The notes under the pieces were generated by a model. That model was not told the DNA's origin. It made no database searches and was given only the letters and a program-made list of their open reading frames with translations. A DNA stretch of 57,077 nt, counting the filler, from Asterionella formosa (Eukaryota): assembly GCA_002256025.1 (NCBI GenBank). It is 6 parts of 6 records of this genome, joined end to end, with 100 filler letters (N's around TTAATTAATTAA, not from the genome) between each part and the next. Parts side by side here need not be neighbours in the genome. Positions count along the whole stretch, not along the records: positions 9,544 to 18,983 come from NKIB01010648.1; positions 19,084 to 28,513 come from NKIB01010658.1; 4 more parts are not named here. The stretch is one strand, 5' to 3'. The first letter of the stretch is position 1. Each line of letters begins with the position of its first letter. This document shows positions 11,482 to 23,255 of this stretch, one piece after another. A program made the position numbers and the translations under genes.

Positions 11482-14400
11482 GTTGTTGGATTGATTGATG
11501 GAGGAGTATGGTTTTGTCCATCATCTGTGCTGAAATTCTCAATTGTTGAGATGGTAGTTATCTGATATGTTCTTGATCCTTCAGAATGGCAGGCTGCGCA
11601 GTGGTACATCCAAATTGGTCAGCTGAGGATTTTGGTCAGGATTCATGTTCCTTTTTTTCAATTATTAACCCAATTTTGCCCATTGTGCAGTGTCAGTACT
11701 GCACAGTTGTTTGGACATTCTATTCATAAGCTGTTTGTCAATCTTGCTATGATCAAGAAGTCAAATGTTCAGTTTTTCCTCTTCCTACAAATGGGATAAA
11801 TGACTATCCAAAATCATCAAGAAAATTAATCCATCTAGTTGATCAGTAGATGAAAGTCATGAGTAAAAGTGCTAAACAACAGTTTGTAGAATCAGTGAAG
11901 TAAAGGTCATCAGAATTTGATCATGTATGGAACTCAGAATGAAAACAAGTCGTAATAAATGTCAACCAATGAATGTCACACACAACAAGTAATAATTGCT
12001 TATGTATTGAGATGCTTCAAATAAGTTTTAGCCTTATTCCCTGGCCTTCCAGCACCCAGAGTCACCACATTTGTTGGTGGGATGATACTGGTATAGGTTA
12101 AGTATTTACAAAGAAATTGTCATGTGGACGCCAGGGAGCGCGATGCGGGCCTCTCTTCTAGCCATTGAGTTGTTTTGGGGCTCATAAATTAGGTAATATT
12201 ATTTTAGCCTTGTTTGACTTTTCAAGCATGAACAAGTAAGGATATGCAGTAATATTCACGCAATTACCGGTATGTATGCATCACCTATCCTAGAATCAAT
12301 GATGTATGCTGGTGGTATGCCATGCAATGCTCTGATAAAATACCACCTATCACCACTCATGAAGAAATCATTCCAACAGTGCTTAATTGGTGGCTTGCTT
12401 TGTACCTTGTGTTGATTCCACAATTCAATTCTTTCAATGAAAATTTAGTATGTTTTATAGCCCATTCGTACTCCCCTATTTCTAGTAGGCAAGTTTGTCA
12501 TTGTGCTACTTGCCAACAAGACCTGTGCTTCCCTAGTTTTATTAGCGTAGGTGAGTCTCCAACCATCTTTCGCGAAAGGTGCTGATCGTCTTAGCCACAG
12601 CGTCAGGGGAAACTCGTCCGACCGACTAGAAAGGCGGCACAAGCTGCTTGTAGGGGGGCAACCCACTATTTCTTGCACACCAGCAGACAAGACCGTGCGG
12701 GACAGTAAGGAGTGTGGGCATCGAACCCAACAATTGCTTCTCAAAAACATTGCCCACCTTGAATAAAGCATCCAACATCTTGCTTAATCGAGTGAGTTGT
12801 CGTTTCAGTGCGTTCTTCAATGCTTCGGTAACATAGATTCCCTTAGCCTTCGCATCAGCGATGTATCATGCAGGTTTCATCATCAATTAATTTGGCGAAG
12901 TAATCGAGATTGTCTGGTAGTAGTATTTGTTATCACATCACTCAAACAAATCCAGGTTTGACATGATTGTGACCATTATTTTTTATGCACCAATTTCAAT
13001 AGTTTTCCAAAAAATTGTATTGAACAGCTCCCGATTTACTGGAATGCCCAAAAGTACATCCCTTTTTCGTAACTTGGATGCCACCTCTCAGATATGGGCG
13101 GTTTTTCGGTAACCATGAGAGACACTTGCCACCTCCGAATTCTTGTTTCACCAACATACTGCAAAGATCATGAAGTAACATGGCAGAATTTCAACCTTCT
13201 TCCACTTAACTCTTTCGATCTAAATGAAACTAGTTCTCAAATGAATGTCCATCCCAGACATAGCTATCATATCCTAGGGAAAAACCAATCCCCAAGATAG
13301 GCATGTGTAATTGATATCTAGTTTTTCGTGTTGATATTCAAATTTTGGCTCTTGCATACCATTTGATTCATGAGATGTGTGAAGTAATGTATAGGTATGA
13401 GGCATAAAAATCCTGACATCAGTTTCAGCATTCACAACTGGTTGCAAGACAGCACCTGGAATACACATTGACAACAGTTGCCAAAGCATGTTAATGTTGC
13501 TTGTTGTGTGATGTAGTAGCCAAGAACACCATTTTTTGTCGGTAAATCCACCATATGCAATAAATGACTTTGCCTTGCCAGTAATTTTTTATAGTAGTCT
13601 CTGAGCTCATTCTTGAATCCAAAATTTTTCTTGATAAATTCCTTACTCTTGCCCTCTATTCCTACTTGTCGCAAAATCCGGGAAGTGCTGACGTCCAGAC
13701 AGGACAATAATTTGTCCCAAAGAAAGTATCAGGAAGAAATGACAAATTCAAGAATAACATTTGGATGAAACTAGCACCTTCGATTTGAGTGATTGTGTCG
13801 TCTCCAACAATAGATATAACCAGCTTCATGGGCGCGGCTAGCTACTTTCGCAAGAAAACTTTGTATCGCGTGAACTCGTTGACACTTTGTCAATGGCCAA
13901 ACCTAATTGCTTGACAAAACCTCAAACTAACTTCATGTTGGTATAAGTAACAGGAAGTAGATGTCATCCAACCTTCTTGCCTCCCTTTTTAAATTAGTGG
14001 AAATGAACTTACAGTATCCAATCTTTGGATCATGATGTCCTAAAAAATATCCAGGTCCACATTCCTGGGGTACTTGTCGAGGAGGTGACCTTTTAGAAAT
14101 AAAAAAGCAACTAACAATGGTCAGTGTTGTCCCTGGTGTGCTGGTCAAGCAACACTCAAAGTCCACACTTCATGACAACACGATATCTGTGTTCATGAAG
14201 TGATATGGTGGCCATCACCCTCCCAAGTCGGCCAATTCCAATACATTGAAATATTTCAAAATATTTCCATGTATTTATTATACCTGTAACCGTTATAAAG
14301 CTTCAAACTGAAAAGCGCTGCCACCTTTCACAGTACAATCGTTAACTACCGACTTCAACTTGCTGACTGCGGACTTAATTTTGCTAAGCAATGCCTAACT

Positions 14401-15942
14401 GCAGACTTGATTTGCTGAAAATTTGAAATATTCTCTGAGTGCTGACTTCATTTTTCTGCCTACTGACATGAAATCGCTGACTGATAACTTCAACTAGATG
14501 ACTTCCAGCAACCTGCTGGCTGGGTAGGAAAAAACCAGCCATATCACGAATTGTGTTTACTTTTCATATTTCATGGACTTCATATCTTGTGGAATAAAAG
14601 TTAATATTTTTTTTATGGGGTACCTGGTAACGTGCTGGGGAATAGCTCCTCTGTTTATAATTTTTTATTCTATTGCGCTGGTGAGAGCTTGCTTTGCTAT
14701 TAATACTGGAACATGATAGGAAAATTCATGATGTCGAGTCATGAACACGTCAGAATTTACACGGTATTGTTGTTGATGCCATCCACTACCGGTAACTTGG
14801 TTTACCTGGTAAACAGACGAGCCTTGCTTCCTACCTTGATAGAATCTTAATTGCACACTTTGCTATCAGTTATTGTGAATCACTGTTACATAATAAAAGT
14901 TTTCGCATTCAGCTCATCCTGCTGTCGAGAAGTCTGAATTAGAATACTAGCTAGCAACATTGTTAGCAAGGCAGAAGGGGCCGATACTAGTAGTCCATCT
15001 TTAGCAAAGCAATCCTTTTAAAAACTAAATTAAAAAATGGTTCGTGAATTTTAGAGCGCATTATCGACGTTATATTTTTTTTATTAGAAACCATTTCATG
15101 ATTAAGACAGGGAAGTACTATCGGTCTCAATAGAATGGCTTGAGGTGTTGGGATGTGATGATTTGTGCAGCATGCTAGTAGCTAGTCATCATGACTATTC
15201 AAACTCGACGTGAGATGAATGATTTCATTATATACCGGTAACAAAAAAGCTGTACTGACAGAAGAGATAACTGAAACAGAAAACACAGAGATGTGGTTGA
15301 AAGACAGCATTGTTTGTTGTACCAATCTACAGAGGAGCTCACAGGCAGGGCAGCAGACCAAAGTTTTGATAAGAACAATATTGAGGAGAAATAGGGACAG
15401 ATTCAATCCTATTGGGGATCGTTGTTTTGTATTAAAGCTAAATATATATAGGAACAACAAGACAGTTGGGTTGGGTTATTAAACGGATATCAAGAAGGGA
15501 CACATGTATCAATTTGGAATTGGAATCACAGTACTTGAACTTCAATAATTATATACCGGTATATGCACCGATAGCACGAACCCCCCACTCCTCTGTGTGG
15601 AAGGGAGAAGGTGAACGCTACGGAGTATCGAACTTCCGGTTGTTCTCTCTGGCGGCTGCCTTAACCTTGTCGTTTTGTATTATTATGTACGTACAACTTA
15701 TCAGCACAGTGCAAAAGAAAGTAAAACCCAACAGCTATTTGCACGCATCGTTGTGTTTCCTTCTCCTTGCTCCGTCCCTAGTGCTCTTGTTACTTGTTAC
15801 AAGTGTTATATTTCAGGGAAGATCAAGCCACGGATAGGATATAGATCAAATTTCATTCTGAGCGACTCCCAAATCTGAGTTGCCCCACTAAAAGGTGATA
15901 CCGTCTTCATTGTCCTCGTAGATTCACTGCACAACGATAAAC

Positions 15943-16983
15943 ATGTCTTGGCTCAGTAGTTTTTCGAAGGCTGCTAGTGATTTAACCCAAAGAGCTGGTG
16001 ATTTGACATCCAGTTTAGCCGAAAAAGCCAAGAAGGCAATTCCGATTGATGCCGCAACACTTGAAAAATTGACTCTGACTACACCGGAATTGAAGGCTGA
16101 GCGTGAGCGAATTGATGCAGAAGAAAAGCACAAGATCGCCGTGATGGAGAGTCTAAGTGGTATGTATCCATGGGAAACCAAGGATGAAGAACGCGAAATT
16201 TTAGTGGACGAGTGCAAGGAAGCCATTTTAGCCTTGAGTGACGACGACGCAACGTTTTTCGGGCCTTATCTCATGCCGGCTCCTACAGTAAATGTAGAGG
16301 ATGAAACAAGGCAAGAACAAATGATGTTGGAAGTAGAGGAAGAAAGTAATACCATGGTGGTCAAAGAACGGAAGCCGACGGCGGAGCAGCTTGAGCAGCT
16401 GTCAAAGCTTGAGCCCTTGCCTCCCTTGTTGAGAGACTTTGATTTAGACGCCCATGTGGGTTTGATTCAAAAGCTACTTAGTGTAGATACTAAATTGGTC
16501 GTGCGTCAGTCGACTCTATCTGGTACGTACGGAAGCCTTATTAGTTAAAAGTGCTTGCTCGTGGGTTGCTAACATTTCGAATCCCATTTAGGTGGCGGCG
16601 AGCGAGAACGAATCTTTTGGCAAAATTACTTTTTCCACTGCGCTTTTACCCGATACGAAGCTGGCTTGAGCGTTGACGAAATTTGGTCTGATGAACATAG
16701 TCCGGTTGAGTCCAAAATAGCTATTGTTGCTGAGGAGGAGATCACCTTTGATGATGCCCCCCACTCCAAAGGAGTTCATCCTCCTTCTGTATCAACCCAA
16801 ACGGAAGGAACAGCTGTCAAGTCTAGCCCACTATTCTCACAAATGTTTCCATCTGTGGAAGCAGACGATGATGTTTTACGGGACTTGTCTTCGACACCTC
16901 CTGATTATGAACTTGTTGATGAATCTAGCGACCCAGAGTTGGATGAGTTGGAAGCCGAGATTGCAAGAGAACTAGAGAACTGA
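15943..16983 (+). CDS. BSD-domain protein; exons 15943-16522 and 16592-16983
   Basis: Phase-1 intron G|gtacgt...tttag|GT gives TLSGGGERERIFWQNYFFHC, the BSD FW-x-NYF motif. Acidic tail ELDELEAEIARELEN. Confidence 0.85.
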
Positions 16984-17085
16984 ACAGCAACACTGACCAT
17001 GCCATTCTGATGATTGTATTGCATGCCTACATTATAATTTCACCTGACTTTTTTTGTAGTTGGCGTTTTCGTCTGCATTCTAGGT

Positions 17086-17645
17086 TGTTCACTTCTGCAG
17101 TCTCCTTGCTATGCACCACACGAGCAAATTCGACTCTGTGCTCTAGAGTATGCTCAGTAGTATAAATGCAATGAAGGAGGGGACAAGGGAGATTGACAAG
17201 GTCAATGAACAAGGAGATGAGGGAGGAGGGGAGTCCAATAACTAACCTGACAAGCTCAAAAGGATATTGGAAGGTGTGTTTGCCAAAAGAGTGATTAGAT
17301 TAAGTTGATATAGAAGAATGATAATTAGATAGGATGATAGGTACTGTCAGACAAAGAGACACAGACATATATTGACACGTCATGTAAAGAGGTGATTCAT
17401 AACATCCCCCCCATCTCATAACGAAATGAGATAAAATGAGTAGAATCAATAATTGTCAAAGAACTGATATGGCAGGGCATGCGAGCATGGCGACCACACA
17501 ATGACCTGCATTGATAAATTGATATCCCATCATAGTCATGCAATGTGCACGTAGAATAGAATACGGGAGTGCCTTGGTAAAATGGTTGGCTAAATTGTGA
17601 GCAGATGAGACCCGGGTAAAATGGACTCTGCCATAAAGAATAGTA
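17086..17645 (-). mobile_element. Ty1/copia 3' remnant: RNase H end, polypurine tract and 3' LTR (17086-17404)
   Basis: GRVHFTRVSSAHNLANHFTKALP resembles the copia RNase H NLADxFTKAL motif. Minus-strand PPT gagatggggggga directly precedes a 319-bp segment bounded by TGTT...AACA. Confidence 0.8.
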
Positions 17646-17648
17646 AAC

Positions 17649-17871
17649 AAACCGAAGTTCCTTTCTGCAGTCTTTCGCCAGATCCTATATCCTGACGATA
17701 TATAGGGTTGACCTGCCATACCCCTACTTTTGTCAATGACTGTATTTAAGCATATGGAAAGTGTGTGTATTGGTGAATGCTCCGTTTAGCGACATACATT
17801 TATGTTTTACTCGTAGAAGTGTGCATTTGAGTACTCTGACTCAATATTATATATTTAACCCTACCTCTAAA
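17649..17871 (+). repeat. About 220-bp diverged direct repeat, copy 1 (copy 2 at 18682-18899)
   Basis: Shared blocks ttcctttctgcagt, gccagatcctatatcctgacgatatatag, aagcatatggaaag, gctccgtttagcga, tacatttatgttttactcgta, aaccctacctctaaa. Confidence 0.9.
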
Positions 17872-18923
17872 AGGTTCCTGCATTTCAACCCTTTTTTGCT
17901 TAGGGTTGCCGAAATTCCCTGGAACTAAGAATTTATATGAGCTATTTTTGAATAACAAGATTCCATTTGAAATATTCAAATCAGTGGAAATTTGCGTGTA
18001 CGTGCATAGATTCCTTTTCGAATCCGCTAAATACCAGGGTATATAGTTATTGATTGTACATCTGTATGTATATACCGGTATACATCCACTCTATACACTG
18101 ATTGACGGTTGACGTGTCATACGACCCGGCGGCTTGGCAAATATTTTAAGTTCTTTCTAGGAGTGGTACACATGTGTCAAATGATAGTCATCTACCCGTA
18201 GTGGACATGGTATCGGCGTACCGGCGATCACACAAGAAAATTTTAAATGTGTATCCAGTGTGGCCGGTTTGGGTTTGCAAGACCTCGCAAGCCGGGCAAA
18301 TCAAATATCGGTAAGTAATTGAACTTGACCAATAAAAATATTTATAGTGAAGCGGACACTTACAATGGAACTTTTTGTACAGAAGATTTTAGGACGAAAA
18401 ATTGAATCACAAGACTTCAGTTCCGATGATGACGTTTTGGCGATTATTGATTCTGATTCCAAAATTTTGGAGACCGTTGAAAAGGCAAATATTGTCGAGT
18501 TTTTGAACAACGATAGCTCAACGTTGGCAGGGTTTAAAGAAGAGTTAAGCATATACGTAATCTTCGTATAGCCCCAGAAGTTAACTTTCGGCGAGAAAGT
18601 GCAGAAAGGAACTTCGGTTTTTAAATTAGGCCGAATAAACAAGTTGGCCTGGTAAAATCCACTATTTTCAGCATAATTAAAAAACCTAAATTCCTTTCTG
18701 CAGTTTCTCGCCAGATCCTATATCCTGACGATATATAGCGGTGACCTATACCCCTACTTTGACAGAAGCCTGTATCTAAGCATATGGAAAGGGTGCATAT
18801 TGATGAAAGCTCCGTTTAGCGATATACATTTATGTTTTACTCGTAAGAAGTCTCTGTTTGAGTACTTTGACTCAATAGTTTTTAAACCCTACCTCTAAAC
18901 TAGGGTTGAAATGCAGGAACCTT
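17871..18923. mobile_element. About 1.05-kb non-autonomous TIR element with perfect 22-bp inverted repeats and an internal foldback (18590-18712)
   Basis: aaggttcctgcatttcaaccct (17871-17892) is the exact reverse complement of agggttgaaatgcaggaacctt (18902-18923). A related terminus occurs at 26494-26526. Confidence 0.7.
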
Positions 18924-18983
18924 AAGGGTGGGGTCCTGCAGTTACATTGCGAGATGTGTCTTTTCTCAAAATATCTTTATGAT

Positions 18984-19083
18984 NNNNNNNNNNNNNNNNN
19001 NNNNNNNNNNNNNNNNNNNNNNNNNNNTTAATTAATTAANNNNNNNNNNNNNNNNNNNNNNNNNNNNNNNNNNNNNNNNNNNN
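18984..19083. other. Artificial contig linker
   Basis: N44-TTAATTAATTAA-N44. Confidence 0.98.
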
Positions 19084-19556
19084 GTCAGAGACACAATTCT
19101 CCTTGAAATTACTAGTGAATATTTATATAAATATTTATCATATTATGTATATACTATACAAAGCAAGTAACTGGTACACAAGAGGTGTAGCCAGAGATGT
19201 TCTAGTTAAAAGCAAGTGAGAAGTACAGCAGAGTTTCAGCAGGCACTACTGGCTGGCTGATGGGTTTTTTTAAAGGCTTTTTATGGATTACAAAACACAC
19301 CACTGTTGCCTCTCCTCAGCCAGTTGAGCTGCTTGCTTTCGAGGTCAGCAGTGTGCAAACCACCAGTCAGCAAATTTAACAATGCAATGGTGAGTTTCTT
19401 CTCTTCAATTGCTGGGATGTATATTAGATTATCTAGGTGCAGATGGGTTAGGTGTGTATTATGTATCTGGCTGGATACCCATACTTTTCTACACATTTGC
19501 GAGACTAAACAATACTGGTTGCTCTGTCTCATATCCTACAGTCGTAAGTGTATTCG

Positions 19557-19870
19557 TACCAGGTACCAGGTACTCCGAGTACCTGGTATTTCATTTTACA
19601 TGGTGCGTGTATATGATGCTGTGTATCATAGGATGCAAATTGCCGTAGCACCACAGCAGTGGAATATTCTCACCAGCATAATACCCGGTAGATACTAAGA
19701 TTATAAAATGAATACCTGGTACCTGGTACCGGTACATATGATGGCTCGACAGCTGCATATGACGGACTGACGTACGGACATTCTACAGCAAGTGTAGACT
19801 TTTAGAGGGCACTTATACGGAGTAGGAATACCGAGTACCGGGTAGACCTACCGGTACCTGGTACCAGGTA
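19557..19870. repeat. Cluster of palindromic GGTACC(W) micro-arrays upstream of the GT23-like gene
   Basis: taccaggtaccaggtac, tacctggtacctggtaccggtac, taccggtacctggtaccaggta. Confidence 0.85.
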
Positions 19871-20184
19871 GCTGATCATCATTGGTCATAGTACGAGGTA
19901 GTGCACGCTTACCAGTACGTTACTACCGTTAGTATGCACATTCAAATATTTTTCGGAGCCGCTGGGTCGTGAATGTGAAACATATTTGTTGATACGAGTA
20001 GGTGTTAGTTACTATCGGTAGAAAAGCATTATAAAACATCCAGCGATGGAGAATCTATCTATACATATTTAATGCATTTGAAATGGAATCTATACACGTA
20101 CGCGCAAATTTTCACTCATTTGAATATTTCAAACTGAATCATTGATATTCAAATTAGCACATAAAAGTTCTTAGTTCTCAAACA

Positions 20185-21411
20185 ATGCTGAAAAGTGTCA
20201 GACTCTTCCGCACACCTCTCTATTTGAATGGCGTCATTGCACTCGTTTTGTTAGTTTGTACTCTGTTTCTTTTCTTGGGCAGTCAGAAAAGCTTGAATCT
20301 GTCACTATCAAATACAATCAGCAAGAAGGAAGGATCTGTGCAAAGTGCCTTGGACAGGTGCAATCTGTCACTATCAAATACAATCAGCAAGAAGGAAGGA
20401 TCTGTGCAAAGTGCCTTGGACAGGTGCCGCAATCATGACATGGATGAATTATGTGCGCCATGGGATGTCGAAATGGATTCGTGGTGGACGCATCATCCAG
20501 AATGGGAGGTGGGTTTTGAAAATGACTTTTGCTTCTGCTTCAAGCAGATGGCAAATCATACCCCTCAATTCAAGTTCCTTCGTGAGGTTTACAATCTACA
20601 GTTCTCAGAATCTACGAATTGTTCCAACGTCCGCAATCAACCTATGCCTCAACAGGGGTATGGCGCAGACACAGCCGCATTGGCCGGTGGGCTACGTACT
20701 GGCTACCAGAAGGGCCAGCCATTCCAACTGGTAGGTACTTGGAAATATGCGGTTTCTCCTGACAGGAGCAAACAAGTCTGTCCTAGCGCATCCGCATTTT
20801 GTTACTTCTTACCTCTGGGAAGGTGCAAAAATATGGTGACTCCTGAGAAAAATTCAGCAAGAACATTGCAGGCCAACAAGAAAACACCGGCAATGGCATT
20901 GTCATGGCTGCGCATACATGCCACCCGACCTCAGCAGTGGTTGCGCAAGCGAATTTATGACTACATGAAAGAGCGGGTCTCTTGGGAAAGGATAAATACT
21001 CCATGTGTAGCTATGCATGTGCGGCGATCCGATCTTGCCAATGCATTTCGACCCCGAAAGATCTTTCCAATTTCCAAATACATTGAAAAAGTACCAGACC
21101 TAAAGTCAAAACAAATTCTTAATGTCATGCTCTTCACAGATGATGCTGACGCTATCGATGAGGCTCTCAAGTTTCACCCTGAATATAATTGGATATTTCT
21201 GAATAGGACTAGGTACCGGGGAAGTTCAGCAGCATGGGGAGTGCACATGCCAACAAATGATCCTGTGTTGGAAGTTGTGGCAATTTATGCCACCTTTCAA
21301 CTTGCCTCGCATTGCGACACTCTGGTTCATAGTGCTGGTACATTCTCTCTAGCAATTTATGATAACATGTTGTCAACCAGACGAAACATCACAAGGATCC
21401 AGATTCAATAA
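20185..21411 (+). CDS. Type II membrane glycosyltransferase, alpha-1,6-fucosyltransferase (GT23)-like
   Basis: 408 aa. N-terminal TM; PCVAMHVRRSD (compare FUT8 HVRRTD), LFTDDADAI, LASHCDTLVHSAGTFS. Confidence 0.75.
   Translation: MLKSVRLFRTPLYLNGVIALVLLVCTLFLFLGSQKSLNLSLSNTISKKEGSVQSALDRCNLSLSNTISKKEGSVQSALDRCRNHDMDELCAPWDVEMDSWWTHHPEWEVGFENDFCFCFKQMANHTPQFKFLREVYNLQFSESTNCSNVRNQPMPQQGYGADTAALAGGLRTGYQKGQPFQLVGTWKYAVSPDRSKQVCPSASAFCYFLPLGRCKNMVTPEKNSARTLQANKKTPAMALSWLRIHATRPQQWLRKRIYDYMKERVSWERINTPCVAMHVRRSDLANAFRPRKIFPISKYIEKVPDLKSKQILNVMLFTDDADAIDEALKFHPEYNWIFLNRTRYRGSSAAWGVHMPTNDPVLEVVAIYATFQLASHCDTLVHSAGTFSLAIYDNMLSTRRNITRIQIQ
20296..20427 (+). repeat. Perfect 66-bp in-frame tandem duplication
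   Basis: NLSLSNTISKKEGSVQSALDRC x2, identical at DNA level; units start at 20296 and 20362. Confidence 0.95.
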
Positions 21412-22131
21412 TAAATGGAGGGTAATGATTAGAGTAATTTTTGTCCATGTGAAATGTACAGTAAATAGAAAGAACCCAAAAGTAATTTTAAGATCAGCTC
21501 TTTCAGGTTGCGGCTCTGCATTTGTGTAGTTTGAGGTCTAAATTTTACAAATTTTTTTGTTGATACACCTCAAACCATACATTACTTGCAACATGAACCA
21601 AAACTATTTGTAGAAAAAATTTGCATTCACTATTACTTGTCATCAATTTACATTTGCCTAGATACAGTTACAGGACAGATTATGGCTATGTTCAATTTTT
21701 GGTATGGTCGTAAGGACCTCTTTTCTGGAGAGTAGTGGCAGTTATTTCCCTTAGGATTTTCATGTTTAATCACTTCAATTATTTCTTCACAATTGTAAGA
21801 ATTTGTGGGAAATCGATGCAAAGTTGATTTCTAACTCACGTGATGTGATCATGTACCGCTTCATACTTATTACAATGTTCTCTTTTTCATGTGATATTTC
21901 ATTACAGCCGCCACGTGCAAGTTGAGGTAAAAGAGAATTTTAGCTTTGTTTCCTAAATAGTAAGAACTTTCACAGGTATACCTGGTACGATACTGTACTG
22001 CACCAGCTTTACCAGCTATACCGGTACATCACCGCGCCCAAATTATACAGTATACTACCGGTATGTATCGTTTTTGAATCATTTGCTCCATATTACATCT
22101 TATTTTAATTTATACGAAGCCAGCCATCATC

Positions 22132-23255
22132 ATGTCGAAGGATTCGCCGCAACCAGCGCATGCCATTGTTGTCCTCCCAGAAACAGAACTATTGTTTCTG
22201 TTGTCTCGATCCCCTAATGATCCTGCAAGATGCACTCTAACGTTGCGTCATCCGGGAAGAACCGATGAGCATTTGGCATTCAAAGTGAGTCTGCTGATGG
22301 TGTTGTTATTTGTGTAGACTGCGGTATTGATTGTACGTGCCGTGGGTTGCTGTAGGCAAACGTGCAAATCTAACACTAGGATGATTTTCCATCAACATTT
22401 GTTTCTATAATTGATTTTTCCTAGGTCAAAACAACCCAGCCTCGTCGATATTTGGTTCGACCAAATCAAGGCCTTCTCGCTCCAAACGGTTCTGAGACCA
22501 TCTCCATCCTGTTGGTGGACAAGGATAAGCAGCTGTTGCTACAATCGTACGATCGCCTGGGCCAGTCTGCGCTGGACAATTCCAAGGACAAGTTCTTGGT
22601 CCAAAGTTGTGTCGTTAGTCCGGAGTTTGCTAAAAAGTACTACGAAGAAAAAGCTAAAGCCAGGACGGATCCGGTCCTGCAAAAGGAATTGGCAGACGCC
22701 CTAACTAGTATGTGGAATGCCATGTCATCCTCCGCGACGACGGCTGTCTACAACAAGAAACTTCATGTCAAGCATGTTGCCACTGCGAGCATGGAGGGAG
22801 ACGTGGTAGTCACGAGCTCTGCGGCTGCTGCTGAAAATAGCAAAAACTCCTTGGCTGCCATTGAAGCCATGTCTCCGGAACAAATGTTTTTAGAGTTGGC
22901 GTCGTTGCGAAGGAAATATGATGAATTGGTTAGCTTTAGTGTCAACCTCACAGCAGAGCGAGATATTCTCAACAATACACTCGAACAGACCAGACGAGAT
23001 TTGAACAGAGAAGTCAGTTCCAGAGCTGCGTTGGAAAATAGTGGTGGAAAAGGATCTGGCAGGGTTTTGGTGCAGAAATCATCCTCGTCGTCATTGCTGA
23101 CCATGGCGATTCAATTCCTTGTTGTCACGACCATTGCATTTTTAACTGGTGTCAAGCTTACGCAACAAGGCAAAGTGGGATCTTTTATTTTGTCCCTTTT
23201 GAATGCCAATGCCAGTTCCGTGGAGGATGCAAGTCAAGATGCACCTGACTTGTAG
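22132..23255 (+). CDS. VAMP-associated protein (VAP/Scs2-like; MSP domain, coiled coil, C-terminal TM); exons 22132-22284 and 22425-23255
   Basis: Splicing restores the VAP signature AFK|VKTTQPRRYLVRPN; DKFLVQS; TM MAIQFLVVTTIAFLTGV. Confidence 0.92.
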
